Source: Mobula hypostoma (taxonomy: Eukaryota). Taken from it: a stretch of 64,000 bases of DNA. Position numbers and translations under genes: made by a program. The stretch spans positions 121,026,001 through 121,090,000 of the forward strand of contig NC_086097.1 in NCBI RefSeq assembly GCF_963921235.1, read 5' to 3'. Below the pieces are notes generated by a model that made no database searches, was not told the DNA's origin, and saw only the letters and a program-made list of their open reading frames with translations. This document shows positions 12,105 to 24,684 of this stretch, piece after piece. Position 1 is the first letter of the stretch. Every line of letters begins with the position of its first letter.

Positions 12105-12830
12105 AACTTAGAACAGTACAGCACAATACAAGCCCTTCAGTCCGTGATGGTATGTGGATCTTTTAACCTACTCAAAATCAATTTCATTCTTCCCTAACCA
12201 AAAGCCCTCTATTTTTCTTTCATTCATGTGCCTACCCAAGAGTCTCTTAAAATATCTCTAATGTATCTACTTCTACCACCACCCCTGGAAGTAAATTCCT
12301 CACACTCACCACCACTCTGTGCAAACAAATGTACTTCTGACATTCTCCAATCATCATAAAATTATGCTCCTTCATATTATTCATTTGCACCCTAGGAAAA
12401 AGTCTCTGGCTGTCTACTCAATTTACGCCTTATCTAATACACCCTACATCAAATCACCTCTCATCCCCCTTCGTTGCAAAGAGAAAAGCTCAGGCTATCC
12501 TCATAAGACATGCTCTCCAATCCAGGCAGCATCTTGATACATCTCATCTGCACCCTCTCCAAAACTTCCACATTCTTCCTATTATGTGGTGACCAGAACG
12601 GAACACAGTACTGCATGTGTTTTATAGAGCTGTAGCATTACCTTGTGGCTGTTGAGTTCAGTCCCTTAACCAATGAAAGTCATCACATTGTATGCATTCT
12701 TAACCACCCTATGAAGTTTGTGGCAAACCACTATGAATCTGGCCTCAGTTTTACTACAAAAGCTCAAAGTATCTTCTTAACCATCCTATATTTTGTGTGG
12801 CAAATCTGAGGGATCTATAAATGTGGACCA
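12105..12830 (-). mobile_element. Degraded CR1 3' fragment
   Basis: Homology to CR1 3' ends (tccaatccaggcagcatc, gaccagaac.gaacacagtact). Confidence 0.8.
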
Positions 12831-12965
12831 GAATTTACCAAAGGGCTGAATGCAGGAGGTTACAGGGATAAGGAAGGGTGAGGACATGAAAGGATACAAT
12901 CTGCATCATGAATTGCACATATTATTTTGGCTCTCAATACTCATCTCAGGTAGGTTGGCAAAAAT

Positions 12966-13405
12966 AGACCATTAGACATATGAGCAGAATAAGGCCATTC
13001 AGTCCATCAAGTCTGCTCCATCATTCCATCATGGCTGATTTACGTTCCCTCTGAACCCCATTCTCCAGCATTCTCCAAGTAACTTTTGGCACCATTACGA
13101 TCATTCTCTGTTTTAAATATACCATATGACTTGGTCTCTACAGCCATCTGTGGCAATGAAATCCACACATTTATCACCCTCTGGTTAAAGAAATTTCCCC
13201 TCATCTCTTTTCTAAAGGGGCAATAGCCTTGTATTCCGAGGCTATGCCTTCTGGTCCTAGACTCCCCACTATAGGAAACATCTTATCCAGGCCTTTCAAT
13301 ATCTGATAGATTTCAATGAGATCGCCTCTTTTTCTTCTAAAATGCAGTGACTACAAGCCCAGAGCCATCAAATGCTCCTCATACATTAACCCTTTTATTC
13401 CTGGG
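12966..13405 (-). mobile_element. CR1 3' fragment (second family)
   Basis: gagcagaataaggccattcag..catggctgat tail; reverse complement of the 14425-14855 type. Confidence 0.8.
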
Positions 13406-13552
13406 AAATGGCTTGTGGCAGTGGGACTTTAAGCCAGTTTAACAGATTGTAGTGCTTTCACTACAACCTAATCATTGTGAACTCTAAGCATGTATCTCTC
13501 ACCTAAATACAGGAACTATAAACCATATATATGGGGAAGACAGGCATTATTA

Positions 13553-14021
13553 TACGAGGGGTGATTGATAAGTTCGTAGCCTAAGGTAGGAAGAGTCAAT
13601 TTTAGAAAACCTAGCACGTTTATTTTTCAACATAGTCCCCTCCTACATGTACACACTTAGTACAGCAGTCGTGGAGCCCTTCTTTGTAGAAGTGGTCCAC
13701 AGCAGGGGTGATTGATAAGTTCATGGCCTACAGTAGAAGGCGATGAGTTATACAGCTCTTGTTACATGAATGTGCAGTTCAACTCTTTGAGTGAAAATGC
13801 ATAAAGTTTGAAGTTAATAACATCCCCGCCTACATTAGGCCACGAACTTATCAATCACACCTGCTGTGGACCACTTCTGGAGGTCCAAGACGCCAACTTC
13901 TACAAAGAAGGAATCCGTATGCTCCATGACCGCTGGACTAAGTGTGTAAATGTAGGAAAAATGAATGTGCTAGGTTTTCTCCTTCTATCTTAGGCCACAA
14001 ACTTATCAATCACCCTTCGTA
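13553..14021 (+). mobile_element. Mariner-type non-autonomous element (MITE)
   Basis: TA-flanked TIRs cgaggggtgattgataagttcgtagcctaag / cttaggccacaaacttatcaatcacccttcg; transposase C-terminal remnant FYKEGIRMLHDRWTKCVNVG. Confidence 0.88.
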
Positions 14022-14424
14022 GCTCTTTTAGTACCAGCAACAAAAATCAGACCTTCAGAAGCAGTGAAGCTGTGTTTTAATATCTCGGTTTGTGGTTTCC
14101 ATCTGCCCAAGTTCCCGTCAGATGTATCCTGCCTTTTCTAAAACTGGCGGGAATAGAAAAAGATGTAACCAATAACCTTAGATGCTCACCCCTTCGTCTA
14201 CTCATCGGTAATTCAGGGTCAAGAATTATCTCCTACTACTTCAGTTCTGTGGGTTCCAGGCTGGCTAAACCTCTTCCTAAAAATATCAGGCACACACACA
14301 ATATGTTCACAAAGTGAAGACATAAATAGTGGGGAAGAGAAAGAAGTGAAAAGAAATGCAATGGGAAAAGTACATGTAACAATCAGATATAATCTACTTC
14401 ATATTAACTAGTCACAGGCATGGA

Positions 14425-14855
14425 ACAGACTCAGGGCCTGTTTTCACTGGAGTTTAGAAGAATGAGGGAGGATCTCATTGAACCATATCGAATACTGTCA
14501 ATACCAGATAGAGTGGATGTGGAGAAGATGTTTTCTTTAGTGGGGGAGTCTAAGACCAGAGGGCAGTTTGCCTCAGAACACAAAGATATTGCTTTAGAAC
14601 AAAGATCTGAAATAATTTCTTTAGCTAGAGAGTGGTGAATCTATGGAATTCATTGCCACAGATGGCTGTGAAGGCCAAGTCATTGGGTATATTTAAAACA
14701 AAGTGTATAGTTCCTTGATTAGAAAGGGCATGAAAGGTTACGGGGAGAAGGCGGGAGAATGGGGTTAAGTGGAATAATAAATCAGCCATGGTAGAATGGC
14801 AGAGCAGACTCAATGGGCTAAGTGACTTAATTCTGTTCCTATGTCTTATGGTCCT
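14425..14855 (+). mobile_element. CR1 3' fragment
   Basis: GLFSLEFRRMREDLIE..DRVDVEKMF; cttatggtcctat tail. Confidence 0.85.
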
Positions 14856-15696
14856 ATTCTGTGAATGTTTATGTTAACACCATTAACACTCAGTCAGCAC
14901 ATTTTTTTATCATTGGAACATATTCACCTCAGTAGTTTTGATTTTCTTTTCAGCATCAGTGTGTTCAATCAGGGAATAGGTTTTGTTTCCTGAATTGATG
15001 TACATTATACTGTTTGACTGAGAATGCATGGCTGCTTTAAGGCTGTATTGAGTCACATATTCATTGTAATGTGCCAACCTTTTCAACAAGCCATGGATAA
15101 TATAGGAATGCTTCTCAAACCTCAAAGATGTGAATTTTGGATAGGATAGCTGAATGGTTCTTGCATGAAATTACTTTAAATTGGGAATTCAAACCCTTTT
15201 GTAGTAGTTTGTAAAATTTAAATCCAATAAATGGAAAATTTGATTAGATCTGAAAGAGAATTGTAAAACCTTCAGGGAAAGGAGCCAACTATTCTCATTC
15301 ATCCAATCCCAATACGTGGATCAGTCCTGTATGAGAAGCATTTTTTACCATTTCCATGCTATTTCATTAAAATGATCTTTTGGAACAGTCTGTTTCATGG
15401 CATCAGCATCAAGCTTTTGATCGATAGGAACTGCTTCAATCTTTTCTACCTCAAAATGGAAAGGAAGCTTACATCACTATCCATTCTGGAACTCAGCTAA
15501 GTTCAGTAGCGACAGTACTGTCCTAGCGCATACTTTGAAGGGTCTACTAAACTGTTCTAAAATGTTTTTCACAAGTGTATAGCTAACTGGAACTAACTCT
15601 TAACACTAGTAAAACAATATTTTTTTCACAAAACTAGTTTCAGCACAATCAACTCACCTGGGAAAGTTCAGCATTAATGGACAAGAGAGGAATAAT

Positions 15697-15805
15697 AGCA
15701 ACACACACAAAATACTGGAGGAAACTCATGTGGCCTGCTGAATTCCTGCAGCATTTTGTGTGTGTTGCTTGGATTTCCAGCATCTGCATATTTTCTCTGG
15801 TTTAA
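15697..15805. mobile_element. Short palindromic Penelope-terminus derivative
   Basis: agcaacacacacaaaatactg / cagcattttgtgtgtgttgct inverted arms followed by atttccagcatctgca. Confidence 0.65.
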
Positions 15806-15849
15806 GAGAGGAACAACAGTGACTACTTTGATAACTGAGCAACCACCAC

Positions 15850-16657
15850 CATACAAGATCCCAAACAGTCCTTCCAGGTGAGGTGATACTTCACCTATGA
15901 GTCTGTTGGGGTCATCTAGTCTATCTGGTGTTCCCGGTGCAGTCTTCACTGTATCAGTGAGACCTGACGTAGACTGGGGGATAGCTCCGTCAAATTTTGC
16001 TCCATATGCCTCAAAGGGCAAGATTTGCTGATGGCCACCAAGTTTAATTCAATTTCCCATTCCCATTCCAACATGTCTCTGCAGCCCTCCTCTGTTGACA
16101 CAATGAGGCTACTCTATGATGGAGGGGCAACACTTTATATTCCATCTCAGTAACTTACAACCTGATGGTTTGAACAGAGATTTCTCTAACTGCTAGCAGT
16201 TTCTCCCCTTCCCCTTCTCTCTTTTTTCATTCCCCGTTCTGGTTCTGCTCTCATCCCTTCCCTTCTCCAACCAACCCATCACCTCCCCCTGGTGCTCCTT
16301 GCCCTTCCTTTTCTTGCATGGTTCACTATTCTCTCCTGTCAGGTTTCTTCTTCTTCAGCAATTTACCTCTTCCACCGATCACCACAAGCTTCTTACTTCA
16401 TTCCCCCTCCCCAACCCACCCGCCTTCCACCTCATCTGGTTTCACTTATTACCTGACATCTTGTCGTCCTTCCCCTCCTCCTAGCTTTTTATTCTTGCTT
16501 TTCCCCTCTTCCTTTCCAGTCCTGATGAAGGGTCTCAGACCAAAACATTGACAGCCTATTTTTCTCCAAAGATGCTGCCTGGCCTGCTGAGTTCCTCTAG
16601 TATTTTGTGGGTGGGTTACTCTGGATTTCCAACATCTGCAGAATCGCCCGTGTTTAT
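15850..16657 (+). mobile_element. Penelope-like element remnant
   Basis: GIY-YIG-like acttcacctatgagtctgttggggtcatcta..; terminal cagtcctgatgaagggtctcagaccaaaacattgac (decayed hammerhead). Confidence 0.78.
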
Positions 16658-16987
16658 CAAAGAATAGCTGTGTGGCAGCTTGGGTTATGGATGTCTTAAT
16701 CGTCAACAGTTCAATACAGATGATATCAGATAAGGTAGTTAGCATAAGAACTCTTCAGTGGCCTATAATTCACTAGGCTTTGTTGGCAGTTGTGCAGCTG
16801 ATGTTAAAGGAGCCAACATGTTCAATGCTGCTGAGACAATGTGGAAGTCCTGAACCAGGTAAGCCTGCCAAGGATTTCCTCATTGTGCCAACGCTAGAAT
16901 CTACATGGAATCCAATACCGGAACAGAATCTGGCTGAGATTCCCAAATATTAATATTTTGAAAAACCCTGCACCACTTTCATCCTAG

Positions 16988-19145
16988 TCACAGAGTCATA
17001 GAGCACTACAGCACAGAAACAGACCTTCTGGCCCATCTAGTCCATGCTGAACTGTTTTTCTGCCAAATCCCATCAACCCACACCTGTACCATATCCCACC
17101 GTACCTCTCCCATCCATGTACCTATTCCAACTTTCTCTCAGATGTTGCAATCAACCCCACATCCACTATTGCAGGCAGCCCATACCACATGCTCACCACA
17201 CTCTGAGTGAAGAAATTCCCCCTCAGCTTTCCCTTTAATATTTCATCATTAACTCTTATCCTAAAATCAGCCACGATCTTCTTGAATGGCGGAGCAGGCT
17301 CAGTGGGCCAGGTAGCTTACTCCTGCTCCTATTTCTTTTGTTCCTATGTTCTGAAGTTTCTTTATGACCCTATCCATCTGTGACACCACTTTCAAGGAAT
17401 TATGGATCTGTATTCCCCGATCCCTTTGTTCTACCAAACACCTCAATGCCCTAGCACTCACTGTGTATATCTTGCCCTGGTTTGTCCTCCCAAAGTGCAA
17501 CAACTCACACATATCTGCATCAAAATCCACCTGATATTTTTCAGCCCATTTTCCTATTTGGTCCAGATGCTGTTGTAAGCTTTGATAGCCTTCTTCACTG
17601 TCCACTACATCTCAATCTTGGTGTCATCCACAAATGTGCCGATCCAATTTACCATGTCATCATCCAGATCACTGATGTAGGTAACAAACAACAATGGGCT
17701 TAGCACTGCTCCCTGCAGCCCACCACTATTCAGGTCTTCAGTAAGAGAGGCAATCATCTATTGCCACTCTCTGGCTTCTGTCACTGAGATAATGTTGAAT
17801 TCAATTTGCAACCTCATCTTGAATGCCAAGTGACTAAACCTTCTAGACCAACCTCCTATGCAGAACATTGTCAAAGGCCTTGCTGAAGTCCATGTTGACA
17901 ACATCCACTGTCTTTCATTCCATCAGCTTTCCTGGTAACATCCTCAAAAAGCTCTGTAAGATTGGTTAGACACAACCTACCAGAATAAAGCTACGTTAGC
18001 TAACAACTAACCTGTCCCTGGTTATCCAAGTCCTATCCCTTAGAATACCTTTCAATAATGTACGTACTACTGATGTCAGGCTCTCCAGCCTATAATTTCC
18101 TGGCTTATTCTTAGAGCCTTTCTCGAACAACAGAACAACATTAGCTATTCCCAGTCCTCCAGCACCTCATGGTTGACGAAGTTTTAATTTTAAATACCTC
18201 TGCTAGGGCCCATGAAATTTCTGCACTATCTTCCCACAATGTCCAAGGGGACACTTTTTCATGCCCTGGGGACTTATCCACCCTAATTTTCCTCAAGACA
18301 TCAAGCACCATCTCTTTTGTATTGTGAAAATTGCCCATGACCTCTCTACTGTTTATTCTCAGTTCTATAGAACCTCAATCCACCTTCTGCGTAAATATAG
18401 ATTCAAAACTCCGTTTAATATCACCCCATCTCTTTCAGCTTCATGTATAGATGACCATGATGATGTTCAAGAGGACCAATTTTGCTCTTTGCTGTCCTTT
18501 CCCTTTTAAATATATCTGTCAGAAACCTTTGGGGTTCTCCCTTACCTTGTCTGCCAGAACATCATGCCTTCTTCTAGCCCTCCTGGTTTCCCTCTTATAT
18601 TTCCTATACTGCTCAAGAACCTTACTGCTTGCTGAATGCCTATACCTGCTAAGCACATCCTTCTTCTTCTTAACCAAGACCTCAGCACCTCTTGCAAACC
18701 AAGGTTCCTTAAACCTGTTAGCCTTGCCATTTATTCGAACAGGAACATATAAACTCTGTACTCTCAATTTGTCACTTTGAAGTCCTGCAACTTATCACAC
18801 ATCCCTGTGCTGCAAAACAACCTATCCCAAGAAGAGCACTCCACTGTACTGACGGTCATTCCCACTGTTCAAACCATACCATAGGAAAGAAACAAACTTA
18901 CCAGAAGCTCATCTTAGCTTCCACCTCTTCTCGCCCAAACTCTTGAGCCAATGCCTCAGCTCCCCACTCTAACATTGACCCACTCACACCATGGCCTCTC
19001 GCACAATGGCTGCTCTGCTTAAACCTAACTTCTTTTTTATTGCATAACGATCTCGAGCTCCGCAGAAAGTCTTAATGAGCTCTACCCGCTTTTTAAATCT
19101 CGCGCTCACTCACCACAAGCATTGGATCGCACAACCACAAGCTCC
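16988..19145 (-). mobile_element. Internally deleted old CR1 including 5'UTR remnant
   Basis: DSEEGYQSLQQHLDQIGKWAEK, RVDKSPG, YVPVRINGKANRFKEPWF fragments; 18890-19140 resembles the CR1 5'UTR at 43680-43800. Confidence 0.82.
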
Positions 19146-19429
19146 GAGGCATTCAGAAGCATTGAAAGTTTGACAGCTGAGCATAGAGCATGACTTTGTA
19201 GTCAGAATATCCCAGAGGAACTCCATGGGTGGAGTTTGTTTGACCTGAATCTGGGGATGTCTCAGTTACATCCCCTGGCATTATGTTAAGCTTTGCCATC
19301 TGGCTTCAGAACAGTCTTGGATTGTAGACAGAGCCAGTGAGCATAGTTAGCATAGCTTAGTAATGAGTGTGCTCAGCAGAGTCCACCCTGGTGGAATTTC
19401 ATTTAAAAGAAAGCTGCAACTACATGAAA

Positions 19430-22140
19430 CCTGAAATAAAACCAGAAAATGCTGGAAGCTCAGTTGGTTAGGCAACACCCACAGAAAGGGAAACAGATAA
19501 TGTTTCAGGCTGAATATTTCATTAGAACAGGGAATGCAAGAGAGCAAAAGCACAAGAAATTCAACAGATTTTTGGAAATCCAGAGTGACACACACAAAAT
19601 GCTGGAGGAACTCAGCAGATCAGTCTGCATCTATGGAGAGGAATAGGCAGACAACATTTTAGGCCAAGACACCTACTCAGGAATGGAGAGGAAGGTGGAA
19701 AGGGAGAGAAGCCAAAATAAGAAGGTGGCAGAGAGGAAGGAGTACAAGCAGGCAAATGATAGGTGAGACCGGGTGAGGAGGTGAGTGGGAAGCCTTCAAA
19801 GAAGAAATTTTGGGAGTGCAGAGTTTGTATGCTCCTGTCAGGGTTAAAGGCAAAGTGAATGGGAATAAGGAACCTTGGTTCTCAAGGGATATTGCAATTC
19901 TGATAAAGATGAAGAGAGAGTTGTATGACATGTATAGGAAACGGAGTAAATAAGGTGCTTGAGGAGTATAAAAAGTGCAAGAAAATACTTAAGAAGGAAA
20001 TCAGGAGGGCTAAAAGAAGACATGAGGCTGCCTTGGCCATCAAAGTGAAGGATAATCCAAAGAGCTTTTACAGGTATATTAAAAGGATTGTAAGGGATAA
20101 AACTGGTCCTCTTGAAGATCAGAGTGGTCAGCTATGTGCGGAACCAAAAGAAATGGGGGAGATCTTAAATGGGTTTTTTGCGTCTGTATTTACTAAGGAA
20201 ACTGGCATGAAGTCTATGGAATTAAGGGAAACAAATAGGGAGATCATGGAAACTGTACAGATTGAAAAGGAGGAGGTGCTTGCTATCTTGAGGCAAATTA
20301 AAGTGGATAAATCCCCAGGACCTAACAGGGTGTTCCCTCGGACCTTGAAGGAGACTAGCGCTGAAATTGCAGGGGCCCTGGCAGATATATTTAAAATGTC
20401 AGTGTCTATGGGTGAGGTGCCGGAGGATTGGAGAATGGCTCATGTTATTCCGTTGTTTAAAAAAGGATCGAAAAGTAATTCAGGAAAATATAGGCCGGTA
20501 AGTCTGATGTCGGTAGTGGGTAAGTTATTGGAGGGAGTACTAAGAGACAGAATCTACAAACATTTGGATAGACAGGGACTTATTAGGGAGAGTCAACATG
20601 GCTTTGTGCGTGGTAGGTCATGTTTGACCAATCTATTGGAGTTCTTCAAGGAGGTTACCGGGAAAGTGGATGAAGGGAAGGCAGTGGATGTTGTCTACAT
20701 GGACTTCAGTAAGGCCTTTGACAAGGTCCCGCATGGGAGGTTAGTCAGGAAAATTCAGTCGCTAGGTATACATGAAAAGGTGGTAAATTGGATTAGACAT
20801 TGGCTCAATGGAAGAAGCCAAAGAGCGGTAGTGGAGGATTGCATCTCAGAGTGGAGGCCTGTGACTAGTGGTGTGCCACAGGGATCAGTGCTGGGTCCAT
20901 TGTTATTTGTCATCTATATCAATGATCTGGATGATAATGTGGTAAATTGGATCAGCAACTTTGTTGATGATACAAAGATTGGAGGTGTAGTGGGCAGTGA
21001 GGAAGGTTTTCAAAGCTTGCAGAGGGATTTGGACCAGCTGGAAAAAATGGGCTGAGAAATGGCAGGTGGAGTTTAATACAGACAAGTGTGAGGTATTGCA
21101 CTTTGGAAAGACAAACCAAGGTAGAACATACAGGGTAAATGGTAAGGCACTGAGGAGTGCAGTAGAACAGAGGGATCTGGGAATACAGATACAAAATTCC
21201 CTAAAAGTGGCGTCACAGGTAGATAGGGTTGTAAAGAGAGCTTTTGGTACATTGGCCTTTATTAATCAAAGTATTAAGTATAAGAGCTGGAATGTTATGA
21301 TGAGGTTGTATAAGGCATTGGTGAGGCCGAATCTGGAGTACTGTGTTCAGTTTTAGTCACCAAGTTACAGGAAGGATATTAATAAGGTTGAAAGAGTGTA
21401 GAGAAGGTTTACAAGGATGTTGCTAGGACTTGAGAAACTCAGTTACAGAGAAAGGTTGAATAGGTTAGGACTTTATTCCCTGGAGCATAGAAGAATGAGG
21501 GGACATTTGATAGAGGTATATAAAATTAGACAGAGTGAATGCAAGCATGCTTTTTCCACTGAGGCAAGGGGAGAAAAAAACCAGAGGACATGGGTTAAGG
21601 GTGAAGGGGGAAAAGCTTAGAGGGAACATTAAGGGGGGCTTCTTCACACAGAGGGTGGTGAGAGTGTGGAATGAGCTGCCAGACGAGGAGGTAAATGTGG
21701 GTTCTTTTTTAACATTTAAGAATAAATTGGACAGATACATGGATGGGAGGTGTATGGAGGGATATGGTCCAGGTGCAGGTCAGTGGGACTAGGCAGAAAA
21801 TGGTTCAGCACAGCCAAGAAGGGCCAAAAGGCCTGTTTCTGTGCTGTAGTTTTTCTATGGTTTCTATAGTTTTCTAGGAGGTGGGTGGGGGAGAGAGAAT
21901 GAAGTGAGTAGCTGGGAGGTTATAGCTAAAAGGGATAAAGAGCTGAAGATGAAGGAATCTGATGAGAGGACCATGAGAGAACGGAAAGGAGGAGGTGACC
22001 CAAAGGAAGGTGATGGGCAGATAAGGAGAAGAGAAGAGGTAAGAAGGGAACCAGAACAGTGAATAGAAAAAGCAAGAAGGGGAGAAGGGAGAATTAAACC
22101 AGAAGAAAGCAAGTTAGTGTCTTAGCTACAGAGTGGAAGG
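19430..22140 (-). mobile_element. Penelope-like terminal remnants split by the CR1 at 19780-21872
   Basis: acacacaaaatgctggaggaactcagcag..catctatggag; purine-rich tract 21875-22110 is the reverse complement of the Penelope 3' pyrimidine tract. Confidence 0.6.
19780..21872 (+). mobile_element. 5'-truncated CR1 with 376-aa open RT segment and later frameshifts/stops
   Basis: ORF 19925-21055: KSPGP, YRPVSL, QHGFVRGRSCLTNL, SGVPQGSVLGPLLF, FVDDTK; (ttttcta..g) tail. Confidence 0.96.
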
Positions 22141-22921
22141 GAGAGGGAGTCGATGAGGGCAAGAAAATATTTCTGATGGGGTGAAGTCAGAATCATTGGA
22201 ATTACTCTGTTGGTTTTACTGAGTAGTTTCATTGATAGATTAATAATAGGGAGAACATACAAAGGAAGATGTAAAAGCTGTGAATTTCAGGTCACATACA
22301 TTGTTGAGATCTGGATCCAAAGGGAGAATATTGTATTGCAAGTAGACTTGACCCTTGTTGAGTCAGAGAATTCTACTCCTATGCCTTATGGTCTTATAGT
22401 CTTTTCCTTCACTGGCGTGAAACAATTTCAACGTTATGGAGAAATTACCCTCTTATCTTCAAATACATGTCAAAGGAATAATAATGCCATCAGAAGGTGT
22501 GACTACCAAACACTCCTTATGAAGACAATGTCATAAAACACACATTGCCACGCAGCATAGTCTAATTTTAAATAGGGTTCACTTGGGAGAGGTCCATCTG
22601 TCTGGAAATGTAAACAGAAACTTCTAGAAATAACCAGGCAGCATGAATGGTGAACTTTTGTCAGAACAGAAATGTGTTTGAAAAGGAACAGAAAGTGTGT
22701 GAAAATGCAAGAGGGTGCCAGGATAATAAAATCATAACATGGTCACAGGTGAAAGTGACTAGAAGTCCAGCAGATCATTAACAACACTTGAAATCTGTAA
22801 AAATCAGCAATGACCTGAATGTTATGAATATTGAGTCGCCAATCTGTCTGGCTGAAGGATGTAGCATGAAGCAAAGCGCTCAGAAGGTGACTTGAGCAGA
22901 AAATTAAAACAGAGGGCCAGA

Positions 22922-23215
22922 AAGGCAGCATAGTGGGTAATGCAATCGCTTTACAGCACCAGTAATCAGGTTTGATTCCTACCGCTGTCTGTAAGTAGTT
23001 CATATGTTTTCCCATGACTACATGAGTTTCCTTTGGGTGTTCTGATTCCCTCTAACATTCCAAATTCAAACAGGGTTATTGAAGTGTGCACATAGTTTGT
23101 CGGCAGCAGAAGTGTGGCAAAACTTGTGGACTGCTGATTTGACTTGATGCAGACGACGCATTTCACTGCATGTTCCGATGTATATGTGACAAATAAAGCT
23201 AATCTTTAATCTGAA
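22922..23215 (+). mobile_element. V-SINE-type element with tgtgacaaataaagctaatct tail
   Basis: tRNA-like head ggcagcatagtgggtaatg..gtttgattcc; V-like core; tail shared with 23375-23540, 33430-33575 and ~54400. Confidence 0.6.
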
Positions 23216-23620
23216 ATCTGACACCCCATCACTAATCCTTCCTTTCCCACAAGATCTCTGTTTAACCTGGTGCCTGAGAATGTGAGTTTCAAATATATTG
23301 CTTACTTCAAAATTTGTCGCACAATAGAGGCACAGATTTGGTTCCCCCTCTCATTCCAACAATGTACAGATCAGAGTTAGTGAGTAATGTGCATGCAATG
23401 CTAGGTCTGGAAACATGGCAACATTTGTGCCCTGTTCCCAGTGTATTCCTCAGAATATATTGGGCATTGACACAAAATGAAACATTTCACTCTATATTTC
23501 GATGTATACGTGGGAAATAAAGCTGAACTTCTTCTTCATTAAAATGAGAAGTAACTGAAAGTTGAAAGACTTACTTACACATTGAGCAGAGGGGCACAAA
23601 ACGTGACTGCTCATTTTGAT

Positions 23621-23759
23621 CAACACACATAAAAGTTGCTGGTGAACGCAGCAGGCCAGGCAGCATCTCTAGGAAGAGGTGCCGCCTGGCCTGCTGCGTT
23701 CACCAGCAACTTTTATGTGTGTTGCTTGAATTTCCAGCATCTGCAGAATTCCTGTTGTT
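23621..23759. mobile_element. Penelope-derived hairpin mini-element
   Basis: 50-bp inverted arms 23621-23670 / 23675-23724; 13-bp TSD TGCTCATTTTGAT at 23608-23620 and 23760-23772. Confidence 0.85.
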
Positions 23760-24068
23760 TGCTCATTTTGATTTTGGTTTTCTCAATATAGAGGCGCCTA
23801 CGTCAAAAGGTAGTAGATACTCTGAGCTATGTTGAAAGAAATGCACATAATTTATTTCCACCACAATGTTGAAAGGGATCCCAAAGCAATAGAAAATGAA
23901 GAAATAAAACACCTCTCTTGCACACATATGGGAAGCTGCAGTGAGGAACTGAATGGGTCTTGGAAGGGTGGACCCAGGCACTACAGTGAAAACAGGCCTG
24001 TTGCCAGTGCTGAAGTGAGTTAGAATCTCAAGTCTGAACTTACTATTTATTCGCAGTTATTTTGTAAA

Positions 24069-24670
24069 TTAGATTAGATTAGATTCAACTTTATTGTCAT
24101 TGTGCCGAGTACAGATACAAAGCCAATGAAATGCAGTTAGCATCTGACCAGAAATGCAAAGAATAGTGTTATTTACAAAATAACTGAGAATAAAAAAAGT
24201 GCTACAGCACACAAATATAGAAGTACTGAGACACTACAATACAGATGCAATACTGCTTAGCGCTGTAATATGAGGTTCAGCAGTGTCACAGCCTCAGGGA
24301 AGAAGCTCTTCCTGTGCCTGCTGGTGCGGGAGCGGAGGCTTCTGTAACACCTACCGGATGGGAGGAGAGTAAAAAGTCCATGGTTAGGGTGAGATGCATC
24401 CCTGATAATGCTTTTTGCCCTGCCCAGGCAGCGTTTATGGTAGATGTTCTCAATGGTGGGCAATTGGGTGCCGATAATCCACTGGGCAGTTTTCACCACA
24501 CGCTGGAGTGCTTTGCGGTCCAATACGGGACAATTGCCATACCACACTGAGATGCAATAACACTATTCTTAGCATTTCTAGTTAGATGCTAACTGCATTT
24601 CATTGGCTTTGTATCTGTACTTGGCACAATGACAATAAAGTTGAATCTAATCTAATCTAATCTAATCTAA
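24069..24670 (-). mobile_element. Rex1/Babar LINE 3' fragment with an inverted second copy of its own tail
   Basis: ORF 24257-24547 WYGNC..DRKALQRVVKTAQ..LLPSGR.YRS..SFFP; (TCTAA)n tails at both ends. Confidence 0.88.
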
Positions 24671-24684
24671 TATATTTTATACAG

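Noticed and set aside
14910..15480. Stop-poor minus-strand frame and a GNGK word suggesting an NTPase/NACHT pseudogene
   Set aside because: The motif is preceded by a stop, lies in a different frame from the longer reading, and has no Walker B or other family motifs.
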